Shown piece after piece: positions 1-9,463 of a DNA stretch of 32,000 bases (its first letter is position 1; each line of letters opens with the position of its first letter). Location: NCBI RefSeq assembly GCF_039383305.1, contig NZ_CP135009.1, positions 30,001-62,000 of the forward strand, given 5' to 3'. The notes under the pieces are model-generated. The model made no database searches, was not told where the DNA came from, and saw nothing but the letters and a program-made list of their open reading frames with translations. Made by a program: the position numbers and the translations under genes. Source of the DNA: Candidatus Saccharimonadota bacterium. GTDB lineage: Bacteria > Pseudomonadota > Gammaproteobacteria > Enterobacterales > Enterobacteriaceae.

Positions 1-168
1 TTTTACAACAGAAATTATTACATTTTTTAATCTATTTTTTTGACGTAAATAATTAATTTCATTAACTGTAATTTTTGAAATATCTGCAATAATTAAAGAA
101 AAAGCTTTTTTTGCTAGGGTATGATATGTTTTAATAATTTTTTTTTTTTGTATTATTGTTAACGCCAT
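1..168 (-). CDS. rplJ: 50S ribosomal protein L10, N-terminal part (gene continues past the left window edge)
   Basis: Reverse-strand ATG at 168-166 opens MALTIIQKKKIIKTYHTLAKKAFSLIIADISKITVNEINYLRQKNRLKNVIISVVK, collinear with the E. coli L10 N-terminus (MALNLQDKQAIVAEV..AVVADSRGVTV..LR). It lies downstream of rplA as in the secE-nusG-rplKAJL order. It is absent from the ORF track because it is truncated. Confidence 0.85.
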   Translation of the reverse strand, partial: MALTIIQKKKIIKTYHTLAKKAFSLIIADISKITVNEINYLRQKNRLKNVIISVVK

Positions 169-335
169 TTTTTTTTCTCTATAATTTAAATTTTATAAAT
201 TTTTATAAAATTTTTTTATATAATTTTTGAATATTAATTAATATATTATTTTAAGGTATGATAAAATTTTTTAAAAAAAATAAAATTTAAAATTTTAAAT
301 ATTTCTATATAATTTCATATATAATAAGATATTTA

Positions 336-1025
336 TTAAAGAGATATATGATTAACTATGATACTAGGACTCATCGTAGTAGATAAAGATATTTTTTTAA
401 AATAGAATCCTTTTAATTGAGGTGGTTTAGAATTTTTAATATGTTGTAATAAAAATAATAAATTTTCATATAATTGGGTGGTAGAAAAATTAATTTTTCC
501 AAATGTGCTATGAATAATTCCATATTTATCATTACGACATTTTATTTTACCTTTTCGAAGTTCTTGAATAGTATTTTTTAAATTGTCAGTAATTGTTCCA
601 TCTTTTTTATTAGGCATAAATCCTTTAGGTCCTAATATTAATCCTAAATTTTTTATAAATTGCATAGCGTCTGGAGTAGCTAAAACATAATCAATTTTTT
701 TTTTTTTTTTTTTAATAATATCTAATATAGATTCCATACCAGAAAAATCAGCTCCTATTTTCAAGGCTTTTTTTTGATTTTCAGGAGAAGTAAAGACTGC
801 AATAGTAATTTTTTTTCCTGTACCATGGGGTAGAATTACTGTATTTCGTATATTTTGTTCTGATTTTTTAGAATTTATAGATAATTGACAAGCAAGATCT
901 ACACTTTCTGTAAATTTTGTTGGTACAAATTTTTTTAAAATTTTTATTCCATCTTTTATTTTGTAAATTTTTTTTTTTATAAAAATTTTTATATTTTTTT
1001 TATTTCTTTTGGAAATTTTTTTCAT
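336..1025 (-). CDS. rplA: 50S ribosomal protein L1
   Basis: The 229-aa ORF is collinear with E. coli L1 (LPHGTGK, ATPDAM..LGPKGFMPN, GIIHSTFGK, LSTTM). It starts 5 nt after the rplK stop. It contains a 19-nt coding-strand poly(A) run. Confidence 0.95.
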   Translation of the reverse strand: MKKISKRNKKNIKIFIKKKIYKIKDGIKILKKFVPTKFTESVDLACQLSINSKKSEQNIRNTVILPHGTGKKITIAVFTSPENQKKALKIGADFSGMESILDIIKKKKKKIDYVLATPDAMQFIKNLGLILGPKGFMPNKKDGTITDNLKNTIQELRKGKIKCRNDKYGIIHSTFGKINFSTTQLYENLLFLLQHIKNSKPPQLKGFYFKKISLSTTMSPSIIVNHISL

Positions 1026-1030
1026 AATTT

Positions 1031-1462
1031 TTATTCCTGAATAACTTTGATTCCCATTGATTTAGCAGTACCTTCAATAGAATTAGCAATTTTTTCTAAA
1101 TTTGAGCCTGTCATATCAGTAATTTTTTGTTGCGCTATTTCATATATATTTTTTTTAGTAATAGTAGCTACAGTAATTTTTTTTGGTTTTTGAGATCCTT
1201 TTTTTATGTTTGCTATTTTTTTTAATAAAACAGAAGCAGGAGGTGTTTTAATTATAAAAGAAAAAGATTTATCAGAATATACAGTTATAATTACTGGAGT
1301 AGGAATTCCTTTTTCTATCTTAGAAGTTTTTAAATTAAATTGTTTACAAAATTCCATGATATTAATTCCTTTTTGCCCTAAGGCTGGACCGACTGGAGGG
1401 CTAGGATTAGCCATACCTGATAATATTTGTAATTTAATATAAGTATTTATTTTTTTAAGCAT
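1031..1462 (-). CDS. rplK: 50S ribosomal protein L11
   Basis: The 143-aa ORF carries the L11 signature [22 protein letters not shown]. It sits between nusG and rplA. Confidence 0.95.
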   Translation of the reverse strand: MLKKINTYIKLQILSGMANPSPPVGPALGQKGINIMEFCKQFNLKTSKIEKGIPTPVIITVYSDKSFSFIIKTPPASVLLKKIANIKKGSQKPKKITVATITKKNIYEIAQQKITDMTGSNLEKIANSIEGTAKSMGIKVIQE

Positions 1463-1490
1463 ATATATTCTCTTTGATATAAAATTATTG

Positions 1491-2033
1491 TTAATTTTTT
1501 GTAACTTGATTAAAATCTAATTCTACGGGGGTAGATCTGCCAAAAATAGATATGGAAACTTTGAGTCTATTTTTTTCATAATCAATATTTTCTACAATAC
1601 CATTAAAATCTGAAAAAGGTCCTTCTTTTACTCGTATAGTTTCTCCTGGTTCAAAAATAATTTTGGGTCTAGGTTTATTATGAATTTTTTTTAATTTTTG
1701 TAAAATTTTATCAATTTCTTTCTTATTAATTGGGGTAGGTTTATCAGGAGAGCTACCGACAAAACCTGTAACTTTAGGTAATTTTCGAATGACATGCCAA
1801 TTTACATTATTCATAATCATATATACTAAAATATATCCTGGAAAAAATTTATATTCACTTTTTTTTCGTTGACCTTTAATAATTTCGATTACTTCTTCAG
1901 AAGGTACTAAAATTTTTCCAAATTCTTTATTTAAATTATTTAAAGTAATATATTCACGAATAGATTCTGCTACAGTATTTTCAAATCCAGAAAATGCTTG
2001 TATAGCATACCATTGTTTTTTTAAATTATACAT
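1491..2033 (-). CDS. nusG: Transcription termination/antitermination factor NusG
   Basis: The ORF track extends to 2081. I trim to the ATG at 2033-2031 because [19 protein letters not shown] aligns with the E. coli NusG N-terminus (..KKRWYVVQAFSGFEG) and the extra 16 codons would overlap secE. The KOW region [30 protein letters not shown] is conserved. Confidence 0.93.
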   Translation of the reverse strand: MYNLKKQWYAIQAFSGFENTVAESIREYITLNNLNKEFGKILVPSEEVIEIIKGQRKKSEYKFFPGYILVYMIMNNVNWHVIRKLPKVTGFVGSSPDKPTPINKKEIDKILQKLKKIHNKPRPKIIFEPGETIRVKEGPFSDFNGIVENIDYEKNRLKVSISIFGRSTPVELDFNQVTKN

Positions 2034-2038
2034 ATTTG

Positions 2039-2425
2039 TTATAGTTGTGTTGGAATAAAAAAAGAGATAATACGTATACATAAGTTATCCAATATCCATA
2101 ATATTATAGATATTAGTAATATGATTAAAAGAATTATAAAAGTAGTTTTTAATGTATTTATTTTTTTTGGCCATGTAATATGATGTGTTTCAGTATGAAT
2201 TTCGTAAATTAATAAAATAATTTTTTTAAAAAATTTGGTAGAAAAAAAAATTTTTATTATTATGATATTAGTGATTACAATATATAAAATTTTTAATATT
2301 TTTTTAAAATGATATTTTAGAAAAAAAATTTCTAAAATTAGAATACTTTTTAAAAAAATCATTAATATCCATTTTATTTTTTCTAAATTTTTAACATAAA
2401 ATTTATGTATATTTTTAAAATTCAT
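2039..2425 (-). CDS. secE: Preprotein translocase subunit SecE
   Basis: The 128-aa ORF is close to the E. coli length of 127 aa. The C-terminal [23 protein letters not shown] matches the conserved SecE segment (VVWPTRQETLHTTLIV..ILWGLD). It lies immediately upstream of nusG. Confidence 0.85.
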   Translation of the reverse strand: MNFKNIHKFYVKNLEKIKWILMIFLKSILILEIFFLKYHFKKILKILYIVITNIIIIKIFFSTKFFKKIILLIYEIHTETHHITWPKKINTLKTTFIILLIILLISIILWILDNLCIRIISFFIPTQL

Positions 2426-2690
2426 AGTATAAACCTATTTTAAGCTGTTTTAATACATTTTTTTTGAAAAAAATTTATATTGTAAGATTTTTAAAATTTT
2501 AATAATTTTTAAAATATATTTTTATAATAATAAAAAAAATATTATAAATATTTTAAATATTTTTTTTTAAAAAAATAAAAAATGTTATAAGAATTTAAAA
2601 ATATTAAATTTTTTTCATGTTAGAATTTATTTATTGAAAAATAATAGAAAATTTTGAGAAGTTTTTTATATTTTATTTTAATATTTTTGA

Positions 2691-2764
2691 TGCTGATACC
2701 CAGATTTGAACTGGGGATCTCATTCTTACCAAGAATGTGCTCTACCTAACTAAGCTATATCAGC
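2691..2764 (-). tRNA. thrT: tRNA-Thr (anticodon GGU)
   Basis: The reverse complement GCTGATATAGCTTAGTTAGGTAGAGCACATTCTTGGTAAGAATGAGATCCCCAGTTCAAATCTGGGTATCAGCA folds as a cloverleaf. The anticodon stem is CATTC/GAATG and the loop is TTGGTAA. It is the fourth member of a thrU-tyrU-glyT-thrT-like operon. No 3' CCA is encoded. Confidence 0.92.
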
Positions 2765-2788
2765 TTTTTTTAAAAAAATATTTTTTTG

Positions 2789-2860
2789 AGCGGATAGTGG
2801 GAATTGAACCCACATAATCAGCTTGGAAGGCTGAAATAATAACCTTTATATGATATCCGC
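2789..2860 (-). tRNA. glyT: tRNA-Gly (anticodon UCC)
   Basis: The reverse complement is GCGGATATCATATAAAGGTTATTATTTCAGCCTTCCAAGCTGATTATGTGGGTTCAATTCCCACTATCCGCT. The anticodon stem is TCAGC/GCTGA, the loop is CTTCCAA and the discriminator is U. No CCA is encoded. Confidence 0.9.
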
Positions 2861-2879
2861 ATTTTTTAAAATTTTTTTA

Positions 2880-2961
2880 TGGTGGGAGAAGGATTCGAAC
2901 CTTCGAAGTCAATGACGTCAGATTTACAGTCTGCTCCCTTTAACCACTCAGGAATCCCACC
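2880..2961 (-). tRNA. tyrU: tRNA-Tyr (anticodon GUA), long variable arm
   Basis: The reverse complement is GGTGGGATTCCTGAGTGGTTAAAGGGAGCAGACTGTAAATCTGACGTCATTGACTTCGAAGGTTCGAATCCTTCTCCCACCA. The final A is the discriminator and the next bases are TA, so no CCA is encoded. Confidence 0.92.
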
Positions 2962-2972
2962 TTAGACATTTT

Positions 2973-3045
<73 letters not shown>

Positions 3046-3110
3046 TAATTAAATTTTTTATTATTATTTTTTTTAAAAAAAATAAATTTTAAAAAATATT
3101 AATATTTTTA

Positions 3111-3139
3111 ATTATTAAATTTTTTATAAAAAATGTCAA
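3111..3139 (-). promoter_or_regulatory. Candidate sigma70 promoter for the four-tRNA operon (TTGACA-N17-AATAAT)
   Basis: On the minus strand there is a perfect -35 TTGACA (3139-3134), a 17-nt spacer, then AATAAT (3116-3111), about 65 nt upstream of the thrU 5' end. A G/C-containing -35 is uncommon in this AT-rich background, but -10-like hexamers are everywhere. Confidence 0.35.
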
Positions 3140-3349
3140 CTATTTTTTTATTTTTTATAAAAAAAGGTAAAAATATTTTTTATAAAAAAAATATTTTTTT
3201 CAAGAATTTAAGATTTGATTTTAAAAAAATATTATTATATTATAATAAATAATTTATTGAAATATTTAATAATTTTAATTTTTTAAAAAAAATATTAAAT
3301 CAAAAAATAAAATATGATTTTAAAGGTTTTTTTGGAGAGTATATATATA

Positions 3350-4240
3350 ATGTTAAAAACTTTTAATTTTTTTTCTATACCATTAATTCCAAAAAATATG
3401 TTAAATAAAAAAATTAATTTTTCGTTTGAATTTTTTCCTCCCAAAGATATTTTTGGAAAAAAAAAATTATTAAAAATAATTAAAGAATTAGAAAAAATTA
3501 AACCTATTTTTTTTTCTATTACACATAGTGTAAAATCTTTAAGTTATTTCAATACTGATCAAATTATTTTTTTTTTGTTAAATAATACTAAAATTCCGAT
3601 TATTCCTCATCTTACTTATATAAATTTTAAGAAAGCTGAAATTCAAAATATTGCAAAAAAATATTTAAAATATGGAATTAAAAGTGTTTTAGCTTTGCGC
3701 GGGGATTTACAAGAAAATCAAAAAAATTCTAATGTTTATTCAATAGATTTAATTAAAATTTTAAAAGAAATTGGGGATTTTAAGATTTTTGTAGCAGCTT
3801 ATCCTGAAATACATCCGGAATCTTCTAATATGTTAGAAGATTTAGAAAATTTAAAAAAAAAAAAAAATATGGGGGCAAATACTGCCATTACTCAATTTTT
3901 TTTTAGTATAGAAAAATTTTTATTTTTTAAAAAACAATGTTTATTACATAATGTTAGTTTAAAAATTATTCCGGGTATTTTACCTATATTGTCTTTTCAA
4001 CAATTATTACGTTTTAAAAATTTAACAAACGTTTTTATTCCTCCAAATATTTTTAAAGGTTTTTTAAAATATCAAGATAATTCTAAGAAATTTAAAGAAT
4101 ATAGTATAAATTTTACAGTGAATTTGATTTTAAAATTATTTCTACATGGCGTCACAGATTTTCATATTTATACTTTAAATCGTATAGATTTCTTTAAAAA
4201 AATTTTTTTATATTTACAAAAAATATTTTTAAAAATATAA
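3350..4240 (+). CDS. metF: 5,10-methylenetetrahydrofolate reductase
   Basis: The ORF is collinear with E. coli MetF (INFSFEFFPPK, ALRGD, VAAYPEIHPES, GANTAITQFFF, IIPGILP, DFHIYTLNR). Starting at ATG 3350 gives 296 aa, the same as E. coli. An upstream ATG at 3314 (ORF-track start) cannot be excluded. Confidence 0.9.
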   Translation: MLKTFNFFSIPLIPKNMLNKKINFSFEFFPPKDIFGKKKLLKIIKELEKIKPIFFSITHSVKSLSYFNTDQIIFFLLNNTKIPIIPHLTYINFKKAEIQNIAKKYLKYGIKSVLALRGDLQENQKNSNVYSIDLIKILKEIGDFKIFVAAYPEIHPESSNMLEDLENLKKKKNMGANTAITQFFFSIEKFLFFKKQCLLHNVSLKIIPGILPILSFQQLLRFKNLTNVFIPPNIFKGFLKYQDNSKKFKEYSINFTVNLILKLFLHGVTDFHIYTLNRIDFFKKIFLYLQKIFLKI

Positions 4241-4436
4241 ATTTTAATTTAGAAATAACTTTTTAATTCTAAAATTTAAATCTGTAAAATATATTTTAAA
4301 AATTAATTTAGACTAAGATACTTTTTTAAATAATTTGATAACAGAATTTTAATTATTAAAAAATTATATTAAGAATAAAAATAATATATAATTTTTTAGG
4401 TTTTTTAAATTAAATAAATTTTGGAAATATTAGAAA

Positions 4437-5654
4437 ATGAAAAATTTATATAAAAAAAATACAATCGTATTAGCGTATTCTGGTGGGTTAGATACTTCAG
4501 CTATTATTCCTTGGATTAAAGATACATATAAATATAATGTTGTAGCATTTGTAGCTAATATAGGGCAATCGAAAAAAGATTTAATGAATATAAAAAAAAA
4601 AGCAATTGATTCTGGAGCTGATAATTGTTACGTTGAAGATTTACGTGCTGTTTTTGTGGAATCTTTTATTTTTCCAATGTTAAAAAGTGGCGCTTTATAT
4701 GAAAATAAATATTTATTAGGAACTGCAATTTCACGTCCTTTAATAGCTCAAGCTCAAATTAATTGTGCAAAAAAAATTAAAGCGATTGGAGTATGTCATG
4801 GAGCAACAGGAAAAGGGAATGATCAAGTACGTTTTGAATTATCGTATGTTTCTTTGGCTCCTCAATTAAAAATATTAGCACCTTGGAGAGAATGGAAATT
4901 TTGTTCTCGGGAAGATTTATTAGAATATTTAAGAGAGAAAAATATTTTAACTAATGTAAGTTTACAAAAAATTTATAGTAAAGATGAAAATATTTTTCAT
5001 ATTTCTACGGAAGGGGGAATTTTAGAAGATTCTTGGAATGCTCCAGATGAAAATTGTTGGTCTTGGACTACTTCTTTACAAAAAGCACCTAATAATTCTG
5101 AAAAAATACATTTAAAAATTTTAAAAGGAAATATAGTTGAAATTAATCATGTAAAGGTAACTCTATATCAATCTTTAAAAATTTTAAATAAAATTGGTTG
5201 TAAACATGCTATTGGACGTATTGATATTATAGAAAATCGTGTTATCGGTTTAAAATCTAGAGGTTGTTATGAGACTCCAGGGGGGACTATTATTTTTACA
5301 GCTTTAAGGGCATTAGAGGAATTGACTTTAGATCGTGAAAGTTATTGTTGGAAAAATCAAATCTCTCATAAAATGTCAGAAGTGATTTATGAAGGAAAAT
5401 GGTTTACTCCATTAAGAATTTCTTTACAAAAATCTTCAGAAGTTTTTTCAAATTTAATTAGTGGGAAAGTTTTAATTGAATTATACAAAGGTTCTGTTTT
5501 AGTTTTAAAAAAATATTCTTTAAATTCTTTATATTCAGAAGAATATTCTACATTTGGAAAAGATACTGTTTATACTCAAAAAAATGCTCATGGTTTTATT
5601 CAATTGTTTTCATTACCTTCTAAAATCCGCGCATTAAAAAAAAATATTATATAA
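4437..5654 (+). CDS. argG: Argininosuccinate synthase
   Basis: The 405-aa ORF has the N-terminal P-loop AYSGGLDTS, plus NDQVRFE and SRGCYETPGGT, which are argininosuccinate synthase motifs. Confidence 0.95.
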   Translation: MKNLYKKNTIVLAYSGGLDTSAIIPWIKDTYKYNVVAFVANIGQSKKDLMNIKKKAIDSGADNCYVEDLRAVFVESFIFPMLKSGALYENKYLLGTAISRPLIAQAQINCAKKIKAIGVCHGATGKGNDQVRFELSYVSLAPQLKILAPWREWKFCSREDLLEYLREKNILTNVSLQKIYSKDENIFHISTEGGILEDSWNAPDENCWSWTTSLQKAPNNSEKIHLKILKGNIVEINHVKVTLYQSLKILNKIGCKHAIGRIDIIENRVIGLKSRGCYETPGGTIIFTALRALEELTLDRESYCWKNQISHKMSEVIYEGKWFTPLRISLQKSSEVFSNLISGKVLIELYKGSVLVLKKYSLNSLYSEEYSTFGKDTVYTQKNAHGFIQLFSLPSKIRALKKNII

Positions 5655-5693
5655 AAAAATATTTTTATTAATTATATTATAGGATAAGATATT

Positions 5694-7070
5694 ATGAATT
5701 TATGGGGTGGAAGATTTCAAGAAAAATCGCATAAAAAATTTAAAGATTTTAATAATTCTTTAAAAATAGATTTTCGTTTATTTAAAGAAGATATTTTGGC
5801 ATCTATTGCATGGTCTCAGATTTTAAGTGATGCTTCGATTTTAACAACTAAAGAACAAAAAATAATAGAAAACGGTTTAAAAAATATTTTAAAAAATTCT
5901 TTTACAAAAGAGAAAATTTTAAATTCTAATTCAGAAGATATACATAGTTGGGTTGAAAAAGAATTAATTAAGAAAATTGGGGTATTAGGAAAAAAATTAC
6001 ATACTGGGCGCAGTAGAAATGATCAAATTTCGACAGATTTAAAATTATGGTGTAAATCTAAAATTTTACAATTACTTTGTCAAATTAAAAAATTACAATC
6101 GCATTTAATAAAAATAGCAACTAAATATCAAAATACAGTTTTTCCGGGATATACTCATTTACAGAGAGCGCAACCTATTACGTTTTCTTTTTGGTGTTTA
6201 GCATACTTTGAGATGTTGGAACGAGATAAAAAAAGATTAAATAATGCATTGGAAAATTTGGATTTATCTCCTTTAGGTTCGGGAGCTCTAGCTGGGACTT
6301 CATGGGAAATTGATCGTAAAAAATTAGCAAAATTAATGAATTTTCGTACATGCACAAATAATGCGTTAGATAGTGTTTCCGATCGTGATTATATTTTAGA
6401 ATTATTATCTGTTGCTTCCATTAGTATGATGCATTTGTCAAGATTTGCAGAAGATTTAATTTTTTATAATTCAAATGAAGCAAATTTTATTGAATTTTTT
6501 GATAATATTACTTCTGGTTCGTCTTTACTACCACAAAAAAAAAATCCAGATATTTTAGAATTAATTCGAGGTCGTTGTAGTACAGTATATGGTGGTTTAT
6601 TTTCGACATTAACTTTATTAAAAGGTTTACCTTTATCATATAATAAAGATTTTCAAGAAGAAAAAAGGAATTTATTTTTAAGTATTGATATTTGGAAGAG
6701 TTGTTTAGAAATTTCTATTTTAGTTTTAAAAAATTTTAAAATAAATTTTGAAAATTGCACAAAAGCAGCTCAAAAAGGATATAGTAATTCTACAGAATTA
6801 GTAGATTATTTAGTGAACAAAAAAGTTCCTTTTCGAGAAGCGCATTATTTAGTTGGGCGTATTGTTTTAAAAGCTATCAAAAAGAAGAAATTTATTGAGC
6901 AATTTACATTAAAAGAATTACAAAAATATCATTCCTGTATTTCTCAAGATGTTTTTGAATTTTTAACATTAGAAGCTAGTTTACAGAAAAAAAATTCTTT
7001 TGGAGGAGTTTCCCCTAGTCGTGTTCAAGAAGCTTTAAACAATGCAAAAATTATTTTATCAAATAAATAA
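5694..7070 (+). CDS. argH: Argininosuccinate lyase
   Basis: The 458-aa ORF starts MNLWGGRF and contains TGRSRNDQ and the fumarate-lyase signature GSSLLPQKKNPD. Confidence 0.95.
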   Translation: MNLWGGRFQEKSHKKFKDFNNSLKIDFRLFKEDILASIAWSQILSDASILTTKEQKIIENGLKNILKNSFTKEKILNSNSEDIHSWVEKELIKKIGVLGKKLHTGRSRNDQISTDLKLWCKSKILQLLCQIKKLQSHLIKIATKYQNTVFPGYTHLQRAQPITFSFWCLAYFEMLERDKKRLNNALENLDLSPLGSGALAGTSWEIDRKKLAKLMNFRTCTNNALDSVSDRDYILELLSVASISMMHLSRFAEDLIFYNSNEANFIEFFDNITSGSSLLPQKKNPDILELIRGRCSTVYGGLFSTLTLLKGLPLSYNKDFQEEKRNLFLSIDIWKSCLEISILVLKNFKINFENCTKAAQKGYSNSTELVDYLVNKKVPFREAHYLVGRIVLKAIKKKKFIEQFTLKELQKYHSCISQDVFEFLTLEASLQKKNSFGGVSPSRVQEALNNAKIILSNK

Positions 7071-7483
7071 TGTTTTTAAATTTCCTTATAAGATTTTATA
7101 TAATAATTTTTTAAGATTAATAAAAAAATTTTCTTATTAAAAATTTTATAATATGTATTTAAAGATATTTATTTATATAAATTTTTTATTAAGAATTATA
7201 GAAATTAAAAATTATATATTTGAAAATTTTTGCATATGTTTTTAGGAATTTTAAAAATAATTTAAAAAATATTTTAATTTAGAATATCTATAAGGAAGTA
7301 GATATTTTTATTGTATTTTACATTTTTTATGTATATTATGAAATTTTTATATATTATATTTTTTAATATTTTTAAAAATTAGGTAATAAATTATTGTTTA
7401 ATAAATTTTAGAAAATTTTTATAATATATAATATTTTTTTAATGAATTTAAAATATGTAAAAATAAATTTTATATTTAGTATT

Positions 7484-9340
7484 TTAAGAGTCATCTAAAA
7501 AACTTTTTAAAATCTCAGATCGGCTAGGATGACGTAACTTTCGTAAAGCTTTAGCTTCAATTTGTCTAATACGTTCTCGAGTAACATCAAATTGTTTTCC
7601 GACTTCTTCTAAAGTATGATCTGTATTCATATCGATTCCAAATCTCATACGAAGAACTTTAGCTTCTCGAGCGGTAAGACCAGATAATACATTATGAGTA
7701 ATATTTTTTAAACTTTCTGAAGTAGCTGATTCTAATGGTAATTCTAAATTTGTATCTTCAATAAAATCACCTAAATGAGAATCATCGTCGTCTCCTATTG
7801 GAGTTTCCATTGAAATAGGTTCTTTAGCAATTTTTAAAACTTTTCGAATTTTATCTTCTGGTATAGACATTTTTTCAGATAATTCTTCTGGTGTAGGTTC
7901 TCTTCCAATTTCTTGTAACATTTGTCGAGATATACGATTAAGTTTATTAATAGTTTCGATCATATGTACAGGTATTCGAATAGTTCTTGCTTGATCTGCA
8001 ATAGATCTAGTAATTGCTTGACGGATCCACCATGTGGCATATGTAGAAAATTTATATCCTCTTCGATACTCAAATTTGTCTACAGCTTTCATTAAGCCAA
8101 TATTTCCTTCTTGTATTAAATCTAAAAATTGTAATCCTCTATTGGTATATTTTTTTGCAATAGAAATAACTAATCTTAAATTTGCTTCTACCATTTCTTT
8201 TTTAGCGCATTTAGTTTTTGCTTCTCCTATAGAAATTTGTTTATAAATATTTTTAATTTGTTGAATAGTTAATCCTGTTTTTTTTTCTATTAAATTTAGT
8301 TGATGAATATTTTTAAGAATATTTTTTTTATGTTGTATAATTTTTTTTGACCATTTTGTTTTAAAATTTTTAATTTTATTTAACCAGAATTTTTGTATAT
8401 TTTGATTTTTAAATAATGTTAAAAATTTTTTTTTAGGCATTTTACATGTTTCAACGCAAATTTTCATTAAAAAATTTTCTTGTAAACGAATTTTTTTGAT
8501 TAGGATTTGCATGTGATTTACTAAAAGATTAAATTGTTTTGGTACTAGACGAAATTGTTTAAATATTTTTGATAATTTTAAAATAGCATTAATAGAATCT
8601 TGATGATGTCTTTTTTTTTTTTGTATAATATTATAAGTTAGAAAATACTGTTTACGTAATTTTTTAAATTTTTTTTTTGCTAAAATTGGATCAATATGAT
8701 TTTCAGTATCTTCAGGTATCATATTGTTATTTAAAGAATGAATTTTATTATTATTTTTATTATTTAATTTATTAATTTTTTTTTTGTCAATTAATGTAGG
8801 TATAATAATTTTAATTTTTGGTGTTAATGTAAGGTCAATAAATCCTGTAATGATTTCTGAAAGTTTCAGAAATCCTTTTTCTACTTTTTTGTATTGTTCT
8901 AATAAATATAAAATAGTTTTAGGGTATTCTGCAATAGAAGATTGGACTTGATGAATACCTTCCTCAATTCTTTTAGCTAAATTTATTTCACCTTCACGTG
9001 TTAATAAATCTACAGTTCCCATTTCTCTCATATACATACGAACTGGATCTGTTGTTCTACCTAATTCAGTTTCTACTTGAGATAAAACTCTTTCTGTCGT
9101 TTCTGCTACATCTTCTTCGACATTAGTAGGTGGCTCATTTAGTATTAAATTTTCTATATCACGAGCTTCTGCAACAATCTGTATTCCTAAATCATTAATT
9201 ATTTGAATAATATCTTTAATTTGTTCTGGATCAATTATATTATTTGGAAGATAATCATTTATTTCAGAATATGTTAAATATCCTTGCTCTTTTCCGTGTA
9301 AAACAAGTAATTTTAACTGTGATTGTGGGTTTTGTTCCAT
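7484..9340 (-). CDS. rpoD: RNA polymerase sigma factor RpoD (sigma70)
   Basis: The 618-aa ORF has region 2 ([27 protein letters not shown]) and region 4.2 ([30 protein letters not shown]) almost identical to the enterobacterial protein. The central non-conserved region is K/N-rich. Confidence 0.97.
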   Translation of the reverse strand: MEQNPQSQLKLLVLHGKEQGYLTYSEINDYLPNNIIDPEQIKDIIQIINDLGIQIVAEARDIENLILNEPPTNVEEDVAETTERVLSQVETELGRTTDPVRMYMREMGTVDLLTREGEINLAKRIEEGIHQVQSSIAEYPKTILYLLEQYKKVEKGFLKLSEIITGFIDLTLTPKIKIIIPTLIDKKKINKLNNKNNNKIHSLNNNMIPEDTENHIDPILAKKKFKKLRKQYFLTYNIIQKKKRHHQDSINAILKLSKIFKQFRLVPKQFNLLVNHMQILIKKIRLQENFLMKICVETCKMPKKKFLTLFKNQNIQKFWLNKIKNFKTKWSKKIIQHKKNILKNIHQLNLIEKKTGLTIQQIKNIYKQISIGEAKTKCAKKEMVEANLRLVISIAKKYTNRGLQFLDLIQEGNIGLMKAVDKFEYRRGYKFSTYATWWIRQAITRSIADQARTIRIPVHMIETINKLNRISRQMLQEIGREPTPEELSEKMSIPEDKIRKVLKIAKEPISMETPIGDDDDSHLGDFIEDTNLELPLESATSESLKNITHNVLSGLTAREAKVLRMRFGIDMNTDHTLEEVGKQFDVTRERIRQIEAKALRKLRHPSRSEILKSFLDDS

Positions 9341-9463
9341 AATACGATATCCATTCTGATTAATTAATACATTAAAAAAATTAAATAATATTAATATAAT
9401 TTGTATAAAATATTATTACTTTAATAAAAATTTTTTTATAAAAATTTTTTAAATATATTTTTT

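Noticed and set aside
1206-1442. Antisense or out-of-frame ORFs listed in the track: 1206-1442 (+), 6155-6355 (-), 8034-8246 (+), 15154-15360 (-), 26394-26603 (+)
   Set aside because: Each lies wholly inside a strongly conserved gene (rplK, argH, rpoD, ligA, fliP). Each has low-complexity or hydrophobic composition with no recognisable motif and no SD. They are most simply chance open frames.
2034-2081. N-terminal extensions suggested by the longest-ORF calls: nusG to 2081, ligA from 14652, gltX from 16915, fliI from 22391, fliE to 18985, pmbA from 29350, cca from 12783
   Set aside because: The extensions start at TTG or poorly placed codons and overlap upstream genes or lack homology. Downstream ATGs align with the E. 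coli N-termini and have better-spaced AGGA/AGGT motifs.
7281-7305. 8-bp inverted repeat AATATCTA..TAGATATT in the argH/rpoD spacer, as a possible terminator
   Set aside because: The stem is almost entirely A/T and would be very weak, and the position is not close to either stop codon. It is not distinguishable from background.
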